From a virus, in IMG/VR virus record IMGVR_UViG_3300041956_000050, positions 1 through 64,000 of that record: a stretch of 64,000 nucleotides of DNA; one strand, given 5' to 3'. Numbering within the stretch: the first letter of the stretch is position 1; every line of letters starts with the position of its first letter. The position numbers and the translations under genes are program-made. Positions 38,101-46,451 of the stretch are shown here, piece after piece. The notes under the pieces were generated by a model. That model was not told the DNA's origin and did no database searches. It was given only the letters and a program-made list of their open reading frames with translations.

Positions 38101-38771
38101 GTGTCAAGCATCGCACCGTCAAGGCCAAGAAGCCGGAGGACGTGCTGGAGAAGATGGTCGAGGAGGTGATCGCCAAGCTGAACTGCCCCAACCATCCCGA
38201 TGCGACTGTCGAGAAGCTTGTCATGCTTGACGATCTGTACCCGGTGGCACGGTACTTCAAGGACCACCAGAACGGCCACGTGCCGGATATTGTCAGCACT
38301 CCTTCCAAGGCCGAGATCTCCGACATGGAACTGAACGCGCTCAATGTCTCCCTGACACAGAGTGCGTGGTTGCTAAAGTTCAAGCCATTCCTAGACGAGC
38401 GGATCTTTACCGACGAGGAGATCGAGGCACTGCCGGAGCATCCGCAGCGCAAGGGCAAGAAGCATGGCAACTACTGCGATTGCAGCGCGTGTGTGAAGGC
38501 GGCGTGTGTCGTTGGCGGCGAGATCATCGATCTGAAGGTGATCAAGACCAAGAAGGGCGACTCCATGGCGTTCGTGGATCTCGCCTACGAGGCCAATCAA
38601 TACTCTTGCACGTTTTTCCCTCACACATATGAGGAGTATGAGGAGCTTCTGAAGGGACAGTCGCTAGTGATGATCGGTGGGTACAAAGACGACCGAGGTC
38701 AGATCGTGGCAACAGAGATGGCAGACGTGTTCAGCGTGGCGGAGGAGCAGGGATGGACGCCGACGACATGA
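35172..38771 (+). CDS. dnaE: DNA polymerase III alpha subunit
   Basis: PHP HTHDEYSPLDG; GRGSAAG, FERFMNP, PDIDIDF, HAGGVVI, YGFNRSH; C-terminal OB fold. Confidence 0.97.
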   Translation: MIDYAGHFHTHDEYSPLDGAGTRNQLTYQAARHGQTHLGITNHGRLGGVLEHVEACRHPEKYEDPLEGGQRSKEERLIPILGMEAFYRPDRFMECDSTWANHLCLHAASLRGWRTLMRLSSKSWIKREKGGGFYGKAVIDLDMLEWDCEDIIISTACLASPLSQLILAGDESGARAWIMDMKDLTGDRLWLEIMPHDLEEQRIVNIGLANLGEDTSTGLMVTGDVHIPFRNWKRTHAVLRMASYKQTFSKRDTKKLAGEDVYTEDIDTVFLSSADELIQMFGEYHPDLPSDIVAEALGNTREFARQVRWYVIGKTTKAPKVGVDAVAMVEKWMDDGWEEILDSYPDSHWEKWPQEQYLSQMEFEFGVLKEKDVLDYFYIVGDFVRWAKSDLPLPVRMPDGSLYFPPGEKKKPIRVGLGRGSAAGCIISRLIGITAIDPIPHKLSFERFMNPDREGYPDIDIDFASGGRDLVKEYLRVVYGHDHVADIIAYQTFAPKITIRDIGVVYDVDYGRLNTITESIGDTERGLEKIAENNELVAAFKRDFPKPWRDMCRLEHQILRDTRHAGGVVITDRPINYYAPTQTGKDQETIVTAWSDRIEFPIMSNYGFLKYDILGVTSLDKQDYAIDLIREHYNEDVEPNDLPFLRDPYDVDGPVMDAFVKGLTWGIFQFSGRGITQFLRHVKPENTVEIAACNALYRPGAMKYAFEYGDRKKDPRKITYAHESLEPVLSETLGLIAFQEQVMEICKVVGNFTGAQADFMRKAVSKLYRLGKEEAQAEMAPFKEQFMQGCRDNGIKDADGELMWSYILEWGGYGFNRSHSDSYGLQACQDMWLKINFPLALYASVLTTDSKAKKEEQRRFLKNGLREAAYFGIEALGPDVNRSDVGWTIDNGKLRYGLVSVTGMGTGLAHDIIDNRAYNDYDDFIERMPTGFGADKMVALAQGGAFDGIEDRELLLSLTRQWGDNVSKLKATMSCGCVKHRTVKAKKPEDVLEKMVEEVIAKLNCPNHPDATVEKLVMLDDLYPVARYFKDHQNGHVPDIVSTPSKAEISDMELNALNVSLTQSAWLLKFKPFLDERIFTDEEIEALPEHPQRKGKKHGNYCDCSACVKAACVVGGEIIDLKVIKTKKGDSMAFVDLAYEANQYSCTFFPHTYEEYEELLKGQSLVMIGGYKDDRGQIVATEMADVFSVAEEQGWTPTT

Positions 38772-38930
38772 TTGTGGGACCGGCCAGCCTGCCCTGCGAG
38801 CTAGGCTGCAAGGTGCCCGATGGCGCGAAGCTTGTGCCGGTGCCGATGCCACGTCATACTTGGAGCGATGTTCTGGTTTGTCCTAACAAGGGGTGTGGTC
38901 GAGCGTGGCTCGTGATCGTGGAGGACGACG

Positions 38931-40148
38931 GTGCCGGTGAACCCTGAGAATCGTGCTGAGTTCCGTGAGTGGGTGGTCGAGCGCGGCAGCGGCACGAAGA
39001 TCTACGATGGCGAGGATGGTGTTGCCCGCATCCCTTTCCTGTCACCGCTGATGACATGGGCGACAACCGGAGGAGTGCCGGTCGGCCATATCGCTCGGTG
39101 GTATGGACCCGAGGGAAGTGGCAAGAGCCTTTCCAATTGGGGCTTGACCTACTGCGCACAGAACTATCCGCGCATCATGTCCGAGTTGTACGAGCTTGAG
39201 ATCAAGTTCTACGAGGCTCGCCGACAGAAGCTCAAGGCTGTTGTCGCCAAGCGCAAGCTCAACCGCGCACTCAAGCGCTTCCCGGACGGCATGAGCGTTC
39301 TGCTGTTCGACACCGAGCAGCGTGCTGAGCTTGACTTCGCAGCCAAGCTTGGTGTCAACACTCATCCCGACAACCTACTGATCCTCGAAGAGAACATCAT
39401 CGAGGAGATCATCGAGGAGATGATCGGCGCTGTGGACGCCTACCACATCCACATCATTGACAGCGCCAGCAACGCGCAGAGCTACGCCGAGGCCAACCTT
39501 GATCCCGGCGAGTACGAGCGCGGCACGGCAGCGGCGGCGTGGAAGCGTCTGCGCAAGGTGCGCAAGCAGATGGACCGGCAGGAGAACACGATCATCATCG
39601 TGGATCAGGTGCGCACGCAGGGCCTGGGTGGCGCTGGTAAGTACTCCGGCCCGGAAGTCGCTCCCCCGAACATCCGCTTCCTCCGTCACAATGCCAGCAT
39701 TGCTGTCGCATACTCAGGCGGCAAGCGCATGTATCTCAACGGTGAGGGACAGCTTGTCGATGACCGCAAGAAGGCGAGTCACGACTTCATGGCGCTCGGC
39801 TCAGACGGCCCGGAGGTGGCCGGGATCGAGATGCGCTGCAAGATCGACAAGAACTCGACCGGTAAGCCGTTCCGCAACTCGATCAGCCGCTTCAAGTTCG
39901 ACGTTGCCGATGCGCGCAGTGGCGAGATTGTGCAGGAGATGGGCTTCGACCAGGGCTTCGAGCTACTAGTGACAGGTGAGCACTTCCACATCATCGAGTC
40001 AGCCGGTGGCGGCATGTTCTACGCGCTCGATGAGAAGTTCCAGCGCACCAAGCAGAAGTGGAAGGGCGAATGGCGGGCCATCGAGGGCATCCTTGACGAC
40101 CCCGGCCTGTCAGAACGGATTCTGTCAAGACTAAGGATGGCTACGTGA
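38931..40148 (+). CDS. recA: RecA-like recombinase
   Basis: Motifs GGVPVG, GPEGSGKS, FDTE, IIDS, DQVR and KN; about 40-aa basic insertion after Walker A. Confidence 0.85.
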   Translation: MPVNPENRAEFREWVVERGSGTKIYDGEDGVARIPFLSPLMTWATTGGVPVGHIARWYGPEGSGKSLSNWGLTYCAQNYPRIMSELYELEIKFYEARRQKLKAVVAKRKLNRALKRFPDGMSVLLFDTEQRAELDFAAKLGVNTHPDNLLILEENIIEEIIEEMIGAVDAYHIHIIDSASNAQSYAEANLDPGEYERGTAAAAWKRLRKVRKQMDRQENTIIIVDQVRTQGLGGAGKYSGPEVAPPNIRFLRHNASIAVAYSGGKRMYLNGEGQLVDDRKKASHDFMALGSDGPEVAGIEMRCKIDKNSTGKPFRNSISRFKFDVADARSGEIVQEMGFDQGFELLVTGEHFHIIESAGGGMFYALDEKFQRTKQKWKGEWRAIEGILDDPGLSERILSRLRMAT

Positions 40149-40396
40149 AGGAGAACCCATGGAGGAAGAAGGTCGCCCGCTCTACTGCGCCTTCTCCAAG
40201 CCCTGGCCTGGCGCAGATGCGCGAGAGCCGCGATCCGGACAAGATCAGGGAGAAGCTGTTCGCAGCGGGGTGGAAGCCGAGCATGGCGGGCCTGCCGGTC
40301 ACAGACGGGAAGATCCGCAAGCTGCTGCTGGAACTGAACGAGGCCAACCGCCAGAAGACAAGGCGCGCGATACGGCGGTATGAACGATCTCGTTGA
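40145..40396 (+). CDS. Small basic hypothetical protein
   Basis: GTGA overlap with recA. Confidence 0.5.
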   Translation: MKENPWRKKVARSTAPSPSPGLAQMRESRDPDKIREKLFAAGWKPSMAGLPVTDGKIRKLLLELNEANRQKTRRAIRRYERSR

Positions 40397-40527
40397 CACG
40401 CTCCCCTGGCCACAGACGCCGGAGGACATGCATGCGCTGCTGAAGGTCGAGAGCTTCATCAAGGGCATTGACGGCTTCACGCATCGCAGCATTCATGGAT
40501 ACGTGTACTCAATAGTGTTGGAAGGAG

Positions 40528-41646
40528 GTGAACGTGGGTCTTTCAAGGGGCGAGTTCTTTTCGCGCATCGGAATGATGCGGGAGGTGGAGCCATTGACGG
40601 CTGCCGCCTATCGGTTCTCCGAGCTTCTGGAGGCAGAGAAGCCGCGACAGGGGCATCAGCATGACGCGCCATGGCATGTGTCTTTCCATGGCTCGGCGTT
40701 CCCTGGCGACAATGAGCGAGCCTGCCCGCGCAAGGCGCTCTACACGATGATGGACATCCCGCGCGGCGGATTCTCCCGGCGAGCACGCCAGCGAATGGAC
40801 GCAGGCAAGGATCTGGAGCGCCAGCTAGTGACCCGCTGGTGGCAGGCGGGCATGCTCCTGAGCGCGCCTCCGGACGCTGAGCAGCAGACCCAGTTCGAGG
40901 ACCCGGAGCACTGGCTCACCTGCACTGTTGATGCAGTTCTGCTCAAGCCGCGCTCGATGCGCCCGTTCGTGGCGGAAGTCAAGAACATTGACTGCGACAC
41001 GCTCGATGAGATGCTGCGCCTGATCAGAGGCCCGCACGAGGATTACGTGCGCCAGGTCAAGACGGAGATCGCGATGGCGCACGAGCATGGTCCGTGGACG
41101 GTCCTGCGTTGTGTGAACAGCGGGCGGCTGGCGCTCAACATGGGTCCGGGTGCGAACGGGCACGCCCACACCCTGAATCTGATGATGTGCCCCGAGCACG
41201 GTGGCGACAAGTGTCTTGAGGCGCAGACGATCCCGCCCGTCGAGTACGGATACCTGTACTACGCCTCGCGCAACGACCCGGACATCACGCGCGAGTTCTA
41301 CTTCGAGTACGACCCCGCGTTCATGGAGGCAGGGCGCAAGCGTCTTGCCATCTGGCGGGAGTACTGGGAGCAGGGGCTACTCCCGCAGACGCACTTCGAG
41401 GGCAAGCATCCGTTCGGCTGGAACTGGACTACTGATGACAGTCCGTGCAAGTGGTGCGGCTATGGCCCTGCTGGCAGCTATGTTTGCAGGGAGGACCACC
41501 AGGAAGCTGTCAAGCGCGGCGAACAGATCACGCTGGCCGAGAGCCTGGCGGTCGAGGAGGCAGAGCAGGCTCGGCCGGAGTACAATCTGGATCTAGTCCG
41601 AGCAGCCGTGGCGGCTCGCTGGGGAGCAGACCGTCTAGAGTCTTGA
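40528..41646 (+). CDS. Cas4-like/PD-(D/E)XK exonuclease
   Basis: Motifs CPRKALY, VDAVL...AEVKN, Q, and C-terminal CKWC.Y...C. Confidence 0.8.
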   Translation: MNVGLSRGEFFSRIGMMREVEPLTAAAYRFSELLEAEKPRQGHQHDAPWHVSFHGSAFPGDNERACPRKALYTMMDIPRGGFSRRARQRMDAGKDLERQLVTRWWQAGMLLSAPPDAEQQTQFEDPEHWLTCTVDAVLLKPRSMRPFVAEVKNIDCDTLDEMLRLIRGPHEDYVRQVKTEIAMAHEHGPWTVLRCVNSGRLALNMGPGANGHAHTLNLMMCPEHGGDKCLEAQTIPPVEYGYLYYASRNDPDITREFYFEYDPAFMEAGRKRLAIWREYWEQGLLPQTHFEGKHPFGWNWTTDDSPCKWCGYGPAGSYVCREDHQEAVKRGEQITLAESLAVEEAEQARPEYNLDLVRAAVAARWGADRLES

Positions 41647-41761
41647 CGGCCCTGTACCCCCTCCGGGGGTAATCTCCAGCTTGATCCCAGCGGCTAAAGC
41701 TGCTAGGCTGCCTGGCCGACAACTGGGGAGAACCCCGACGACAGCCCAAAGGAGGGCACAA

Positions 41762-42685
41762 GTGGCACAGCAGTTGGAAGGACTCAAGCTCAGCGAGGAC
41801 CAGGCTGAGGCGATCATCGAGAAGGGCATCGAGTACGGCGCGTACAGCGACGAGATGCCCGACACGAAGAAGGCCAAGCTCGCGGCAGCGGACGAGATCG
41901 TCGCGTTCTCGGTTGACGCCTACGTCAACGACGAGATCAGGAGTGATGACGACGACCCGCAGGTGGCCGAGTCTGGCGAGCAGATCGAGGAGATCCTCGA
42001 AATGGCCGGTGTCGAGATCGATGACGACGGCACCGTGACCTATGGCGAGCCGGAGGAGCCGAAGGGCAAGAAGTCCGGTGGCAAGAGTGGCGGCGAAGCC
42101 CCCTTCGACCCGGATGACTACATCGAGGGCTACTCCGAGCTTTCGGTCGTGACCAAGCTCAAGAAGGTCAAGGAGCTTGACCCCGAGGACGACGACGACG
42201 CCGCGATCCTGAACGCGCTGCGCGACTGGGAGAACGAGCAGGACAAGCCGTCTTCCCGCGTGCTCAACTGGATCGATGAGGCGCTGCCGGAGGGCGAGGG
42301 CGACGACAACGGTGGCGACGAAGGCGAGGCCACCGAGGAGCCGTGGGAGGACTACGACAAGGCGTCGGCGGCGGACATCCGCAAGATCCTCAAGGGTGCC
42401 CTGGAGGACGAGGAGGACCCGCTCACGGCCGATCAGGTCCAGTACGTGCTCGACTACGAGCAGGGCCGCAAGGCTCCGCGCAAGCGCGTCATCGACTACT
42501 GCAACACGCTGCTGGAGGAGTTCGGCAACGGTGGCAAGGCCGATGACGAGCCGGAGGAGAAGCCCAAGCGCGGGCGTGGCGCGGCGAAGAAGGAGGAGCC
42601 GAAGTCCGAGAACGGTGTGATCGTGCTCACCCGCGAGCAGATCCTGACCGCGCTCGACAGCGGCGAGGTCACCATCGAGGTCTGA
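41762..42685 (+). CDS. Acidic protein with two small helical YD/YS...YE/WE...RV repeats
   Basis: SD AAAGGAGG before GTG 41762. Confidence 0.75.
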   Translation: MAQQLEGLKLSEDQAEAIIEKGIEYGAYSDEMPDTKKAKLAAADEIVAFSVDAYVNDEIRSDDDDPQVAESGEQIEEILEMAGVEIDDDGTVTYGEPEEPKGKKSGGKSGGEAPFDPDDYIEGYSELSVVTKLKKVKELDPEDDDDAAILNALRDWENEQDKPSSRVLNWIDEALPEGEGDDNGGDEGEATEEPWEDYDKASAADIRKILKGALEDEEDPLTADQVQYVLDYEQGRKAPRKRVIDYCNTLLEEFGNGGKADDEPEEKPKRGRGAAKKEEPKSENGVIVLTREQILTALDSGEVTIEV

Positions 42686-43344
42686 TGGCACTACCGGCCA
42701 AGCGTGTTGACAGGCGCGGGGGTGGCAACGCTGCCCCTGCGTCTGACGGCGCGCTGAGCGATGACGATCTCCGCAGGCTCGTTCCATCAGGGCTTGCGGG
42801 GTCGCTCGTCAAGAGCAAGCTTCATGACAAGAGGCTTGCTATTGCTGGTTTGGGGGAGCCAGAGGACTGGTCCGGTGCGATGCCGGATCTGCCCCGCGAC
42901 ATCGCGGCGTTCGATCACAGCCAGATGTCAGCACTGTTGGGAGACTTCGCGAATGCGCTGAGCACGTCGTTGTGGCAGGCGAGCAAGGCGTACATCGAGG
43001 CAGATGCCTACGACCAGATCGCGGAGTACCTTGAGGATGTCGCTACTCTTGATGCTGATGAAAGCAACGAGCAGAAGCGCAAGGCGCAGGCTCGCACCGA
43101 CGAGCGGGTGGTTGCTGCGCGTGCGCTCCAGCGGCAGTCCTACCACGACTACGTGCGCTTTCGCGACCTGGCGAGAACCATTGAGGTCCGCTGGCGCACG
43201 ATCAGCCGCATCGGTGGCTTCGTAGGCGACGAGGTGGAAGCTGAGGCGGCAGGAGCGATCAAGGCCAGCACGCGAGGGAGCGCGGCTGGCAATGCGCGAG
43301 GTACTGGCCGGGGAGAGATTCGCCGGTCACGCCGTAGTAAGTAG
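42685..43344 (+). CDS. Helical hypothetical protein (possibly UvsY-like recombination mediator)
   Basis: Coiled coil with TISR near the C-terminus; function speculative. Confidence 0.5.
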   Translation: MALPAKRVDRRGGGNAAPASDGALSDDDLRRLVPSGLAGSLVKSKLHDKRLAIAGLGEPEDWSGAMPDLPRDIAAFDHSQMSALLGDFANALSTSLWQASKAYIEADAYDQIAEYLEDVATLDADESNEQKRKAQARTDERVVAARALQRQSYHDYVRFRDLARTIEVRWRTISRIGGFVGDEVEAEAAGAIKASTRGSAAGNARGTGRGEIRRSRRSK

Positions 43345-43349
43345 TAGTG

Positions 43350-43394
43350 ACAGGCCAGGGGCGGGATAACGGTGGGCCGCGCCCTGGTCTGTTT
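43350..43394 (+). terminator. Terminator-like hairpin
   Basis: ACAGGCCAGGG...CCCTGGTCTGTTT. Confidence 0.5.
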
Positions 43395-43541
43395 CAATCA
43401 GGTGGTGAGACTCTTGTCACTTTCCTGATCTGGTTAGTCTTGGCTGTGGCGTTCGCTCCTGTACTGGGAGCTTGGGGCCACGTGATGTATCTACTGTTCA
43501 AACTGGGATGGGACCTGATCTGATGGAGGACAAAGATCGTC

Positions 43542-43919
43542 ATGAATGACGAAACAACCTGGCAGGAAGACTGGGATCGAGATCCGCAGACTCAGGCATA
43601 TGTGCAGCACTTCATTGACAACGTGCTGCCGGAGATCGACAAGTCAGCGATGGCGGTCAGCGTCGTACCGAACAAGAAGCGCAGCCAGCATGGCAACGGT
43701 GATGTCAAGTACTGGGTCGAGCTTGGCGCGATGATCATGTTCGACAAGCCCATCATCTGTGTTGTCGATCCCGGTATGCGCAGTGAGATGCCGGAGCACC
43801 TTGTGCGGGTGGCCGACTACATCGTGGAGGGCGACATCACGACGCTGGAGGGCCAGACGAAGATCGCTGAGGCGATGTCGGTGATCGTCACGAAGATCGA
43901 GGAGGGCGAGGGGCCATGA
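43542..43919 (+). CDS. Hypothetical protein (nucleoside deoxyribosyltransferase-like fold possible)
   Basis: DVKYWVELGAMIMFDKPII. Confidence 0.55.
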   Translation: MNDETTWQEDWDRDPQTQAYVQHFIDNVLPEIDKSAMAVSVVPNKKRSQHGNGDVKYWVELGAMIMFDKPIICVVDPGMRSEMPEHLVRVADYIVEGDITTLEGQTKIAEAMSVIVTKIEEGEGP

Positions 43920-44608
43920 AGGAATGGATCGCGATCCTGCTGTGGTCGATCACCAAGAAGCGCAGCATCGCTGTCAAGATGCTTGGCGAGAAGCGCGTCA
44001 AGGAGATCGAGGAGAGCCAGGGCCTCTTCTCGTGATCGAGTACAGCGACCTACGCAGGGCGCGCTCAAGCGTGATCAGGCAGGCCGGTGCAAAGGCACCG
44101 GGGCGCGGCTCGATGGACACCACGACGCCGATGGTCAGGCTCGGACTTGAGGTGGTCGAGTTCGACGTTTCTGACACAGTGCAATTCGCTGGCGAGATCA
44201 CTAGCAAGAATCTTTACAGGATCAAGGTGGCTCAAGGCAACTATGCAATCGATCTCTTCACCGCCGCAATCTGCTCCGGAATCACCTACGGAGCCGCCGC
44301 CGAACGACGGCGATAAGCGATGGGCCGTCATCGCTATTGACTGGAGCAGGCCGAACGTGATCGCCTGGTTCTTGTCCGAGGAGGATGCCGACAAGGCGGC
44401 AGACGGCTACGACTCCCTGGCATTACGCGCGATAGCGGTGCCCGAGGGGCACCCGATGATCAAGGAGTAACCATGGATGACGAACTGAAGGAAGCTGCCG
44501 ACAACTTGGCAGCCAACGTGAAGTCATTCCTGTCGTCGCTCCCGTTCGTAGCTCCAGAGCAGATCGAGTTCCAGGCTCAGGTCAAGCTACGCGAGCCGCT
44601 TGAGGAAT

Positions 44609-45091
44609 ATGAGAACGTGCGGAATTGACATCGGTAGTGCTAACTACAGGGCTATAGCGCTCGTCGTCAATGGCGCTCCAGTTCGCGCTGCTGTTTGGAA
44701 GCCACCCGACAAACGTGACAGCAGGGCTATCATCTTGGAGCACTCGTTCAAGTGGTTTCAACGGTGGCTACATATATTCAACCCTGATGTAGTCAGTGTT
44801 GAGCAACTTGTGGTGTTCCACAACAAGAAAACGATTCGCGCACTGTCGCACCATGAAGGCGTTGCCCTGCTCGCGGCGAAGCGCAGTGGGGCCATAGTGC
44901 TGAATCCGTCACCGAGCCAGTCGCGTGCTGTAGTCTTCGCCAACGGACGACTCTCCAAAGACGACGCATGGGTGGCCTTCAAGAAAATGTACCCCGATCT
45001 CAAGCTGCTCGCCAAGAACAGCGGAGGGTCCGACCAGATGGATGCGTACACGCACGCACTGGCGGCTCCGACTGTTCTTGAGCGAAGGTGA
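44609..45091 (+). CDS. ruvC: RuvC-like Holliday junction resolvase
   Basis: Motifs GIDIG, PDVVSVE, SKDD and DQMDA. Confidence 0.85.
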   Translation: MRTCGIDIGSANYRAIALVVNGAPVRAAVWKPPDKRDSRAIILEHSFKWFQRWLHIFNPDVVSVEQLVVFHNKKTIRALSHHEGVALLAAKRSGAIVLNPSPSQSRAVVFANGRLSKDDAWVAFKKMYPDLKLLAKNSGGSDQMDAYTHALAAPTVLERR

Positions 45092-45738
45092 CAAGACGCA
45101 AGGCGAAAAACCCGCAAGGGCCGTTGCCCCTTGTCTGGCGCGGATATCGCAACTGCGACCGCTGCACGGCCTGGCGTCCTGTTAGTGACTTTACTGTTTA
45201 CCAGACGCGCACCGGCTACGAGCAGATCAAAGGGACGTGTGATGCGTGTAAGCGCCAGGTCGAGCGCGACCGCTACAACAAGCTGTCTCCGGCGCAGAAG
45301 AAGCTCAAGGGAGTCAAGGCCAACAAGCAGGCGCAGAAGCGCCGCGACAAGGCACTCATCTACATCGAGAGACAGCGCGCCATTCTTGACAAGCAGAACG
45401 ACAAGATCGAGCGGCTGGAGAAGAAGGTTGAAGTCGCTCGTTCGCGGGTTCTACATGAGGAGAATGGCAGCGAAACGTATGTTGACGCAATACCGTTCAG
45501 GATGTGGCTGCTGCGCCGACATCGCGAGAGTGGTTACAACGTCTCTGATCTGGCCGACGAGATCGGTTTCGATCACTCTCAGGTGACCAGTTGGCTCAAC
45601 GGATACAAGTGGAATGGAGCCGGTCGTGATCCTGCGCCGATGCGGTCAATCAAGCTCAGCACTGTTGACGAGGTAGCAGTGGCGTTGGGTGACCCCGGCC
45701 TCGTGGAAAGACTGTACCCACTGCTGGTAGAGGACTGA
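45088..45738 (+). CDS. Zn-finger plus HTH DNA-binding protein
   Basis: CDRC...CDAC; HTH VSDLADEIGFDHSQVTSWL. Confidence 0.7.
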   Translation: MTRRKAKNPQGPLPLVWRGYRNCDRCTAWRPVSDFTVYQTRTGYEQIKGTCDACKRQVERDRYNKLSPAQKKLKGVKANKQAQKRRDKALIYIERQRAILDKQNDKIERLEKKVEVARSRVLHEENGSETYVDAIPFRMWLLRRHRESGYNVSDLADEIGFDHSQVTSWLNGYKWNGAGRDPAPMRSIKLSTVDEVAVALGDPGLVERLYPLLVED

Positions 45739-45758
45739 TCCGGTAGAATGCCCTGCAA

Positions 45759-46451
45759 ATGGGTGGCACAGATATCGCCAGGGCTGACGAAGTTGGCCTC
45801 ACAGACCGCCAGATAGGCGCGCTGGGCCGATTGCACCGGCTCGGAGCTAAGCCTCGCATCGAGGGCGAGGTGTACGACTCAGACCCGCAGATTCGCGCTC
45901 TGCAACTGGTCTACGAGGGCAAGATGGGTGGCAAGGGCCTGGGGCAAGGTCGGCCTCGAACCGGCGTGGATCGCAAGGCTCGCGCGGCTGAGGTGATTGC
46001 GGCTGAGATCCGCGAGCGCTTTACCGGCAGGATGATCAGGGCTATTGACAGAGCCTTGAAGAAGGACGCCGGAACCCGCGCTAATCTTGATGCAGTGAAG
46101 CTGGCGCTCGACATCGAGAACCGCGAGGCAGCGCTGGCACTGAAGGAATACGAGGCCGAGTTCGACACCGCCACAAAGGAGCAGCTAATTGCCACCCTCT
46201 TCGAGCTTGTCGCGGAACCGCAGACAGCGGCAGCTATCGAAGGAACAGCCTGGGACATCACAGACGCGGAGGTCGTTGAAGATCCATCCGCTTCTGGAGA
46301 GAGTGGGGGTAACGGAAGTGCCCCCAGTGTTGGCAGCAATGGGGATCACTCCGGAGACTCTGGATCAGTTAGAGCCGTCCGACTTGCGCGACATCGTAAG
46401 CAGAGTGAAAACCCTTTCACGAAGGCTGCAATACGAAGGGCCGAGCAATGA
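45759..46451 (+). CDS. Probable terminase small subunit
   Basis: Directly upstream of and overlapping TerL; motifs GRP and ITDAEVVE. Confidence 0.55.
   Translation: MGGTDIARADEVGLTDRQIGALGRLHRLGAKPRIEGEVYDSDPQIRALQLVYEGKMGGKGLGQGRPRTGVDRKARAAEVIAAEIRERFTGRMIRAIDRALKKDAGTRANLDAVKLALDIENREAALALKEYEAEFDTATKEQLIATLFELVAEPQTAAAIEGTAWDITDAEVVEDPSASGESGGNGSAPSVGSNGDHSGDSGSVRAVRLARHRKQSENPFTKAAIRRAEQ

Noticed and set aside
35172-40148. Inteins or introns in dnaE and recA
   Set aside because: Lengths are near normal and frames uninterrupted; I saw no C...HN splice motifs or LAGLIDADG domains.
40528-41646. CRISPR-Cas system suggested by the Cas4-like gene
   Set aside because: No array or other cas genes; stand-alone Cas4-like nucleases are common in phage recombination modules.
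41655-41760. Several small hairpins upstream of 41762 as an ncRNA
   Set aside because: Stems are short (4-7 bp) with no repeated motif or known fold, which is compatible with chance at this GC content.
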